A DNA stretch of 64,000 nucleotides from an uncultured delta proteobacterium. Its GTDB lineage: Bacteria; Desulfobacterota; Syntrophia; Syntrophales; UBA5619. The notes beneath the pieces were generated by a model, which ran no database searches, was not told where the DNA came from, and worked only from the letters and a program-made list of their open reading frames with translations. Positions 62,025 through 64,000 of the stretch are shown here, in pieces. Within the stretch, counting starts at the first letter, position 1. Each line of letters starts with the position of its first letter. The stretch is taken from assembly GCA_963817385.1 (NCBI GenBank), contig CAWFOM010000005.1:288001-352000 (forward strand), given 5' to 3'. The position numbers and the translations under genes are program-made.

Positions 62025-64000
<1,976 letters not shown>

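Overview
A gene-dense bacterial window, probably from an anaerobic deltaproteobacterium (Desulfobacterota, Syntrophales-like; inferred from gene content). About ten otherwise intact genes carry small frameshifts that look like long-read consensus errors. It contains: a LolCDE/LolA-like export operon; a mosaic stress/redox region (C-GCAxxG-C-C protein, thioredoxin, mprF-acvB, P3A-type H+-ATPase, MFS, DUF2892-TolC-RND, degP, wrbA, response regulators, USP, several gene remnants); acyl-CoA dehydrogenases, rpe and waaA; a four-subunit 2-oxoacid:ferredoxin oxidoreductase (OFOR) operon; a catabolic island (two CitE-like lyases, TctABC, ABC importer, CoA-transferase III, HMGL-like lyase, NHL protein, GntR); hflX, a porin and a partial acs. 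The best signals are absent from or unrecognisable in the ORF track. (1) Two tandem tiny membrane proteins downstream of thioredoxin each have an in-frame UGA at codon 30, a U-M-R-Q-G-C motif and a SECIS-like hairpin whose stem changes preserve pairing, so they are a candidate unannotated selenoprotein family. (2) A UxxC glutaredoxin-DinB fusion is a likely selenoprotein. (3) A complete leucine-type transcription attenuator sits in front of the OFOR operon. (4) hflX appears to start at AUC. (5) There are repeated FNR-type boxes, a GGTAG-N7-CTACC motif and duplicated promoter cassettes. No rRNA, tRNA, CRISPR array or transposase was recognised. Novelty could not be checked against databases.
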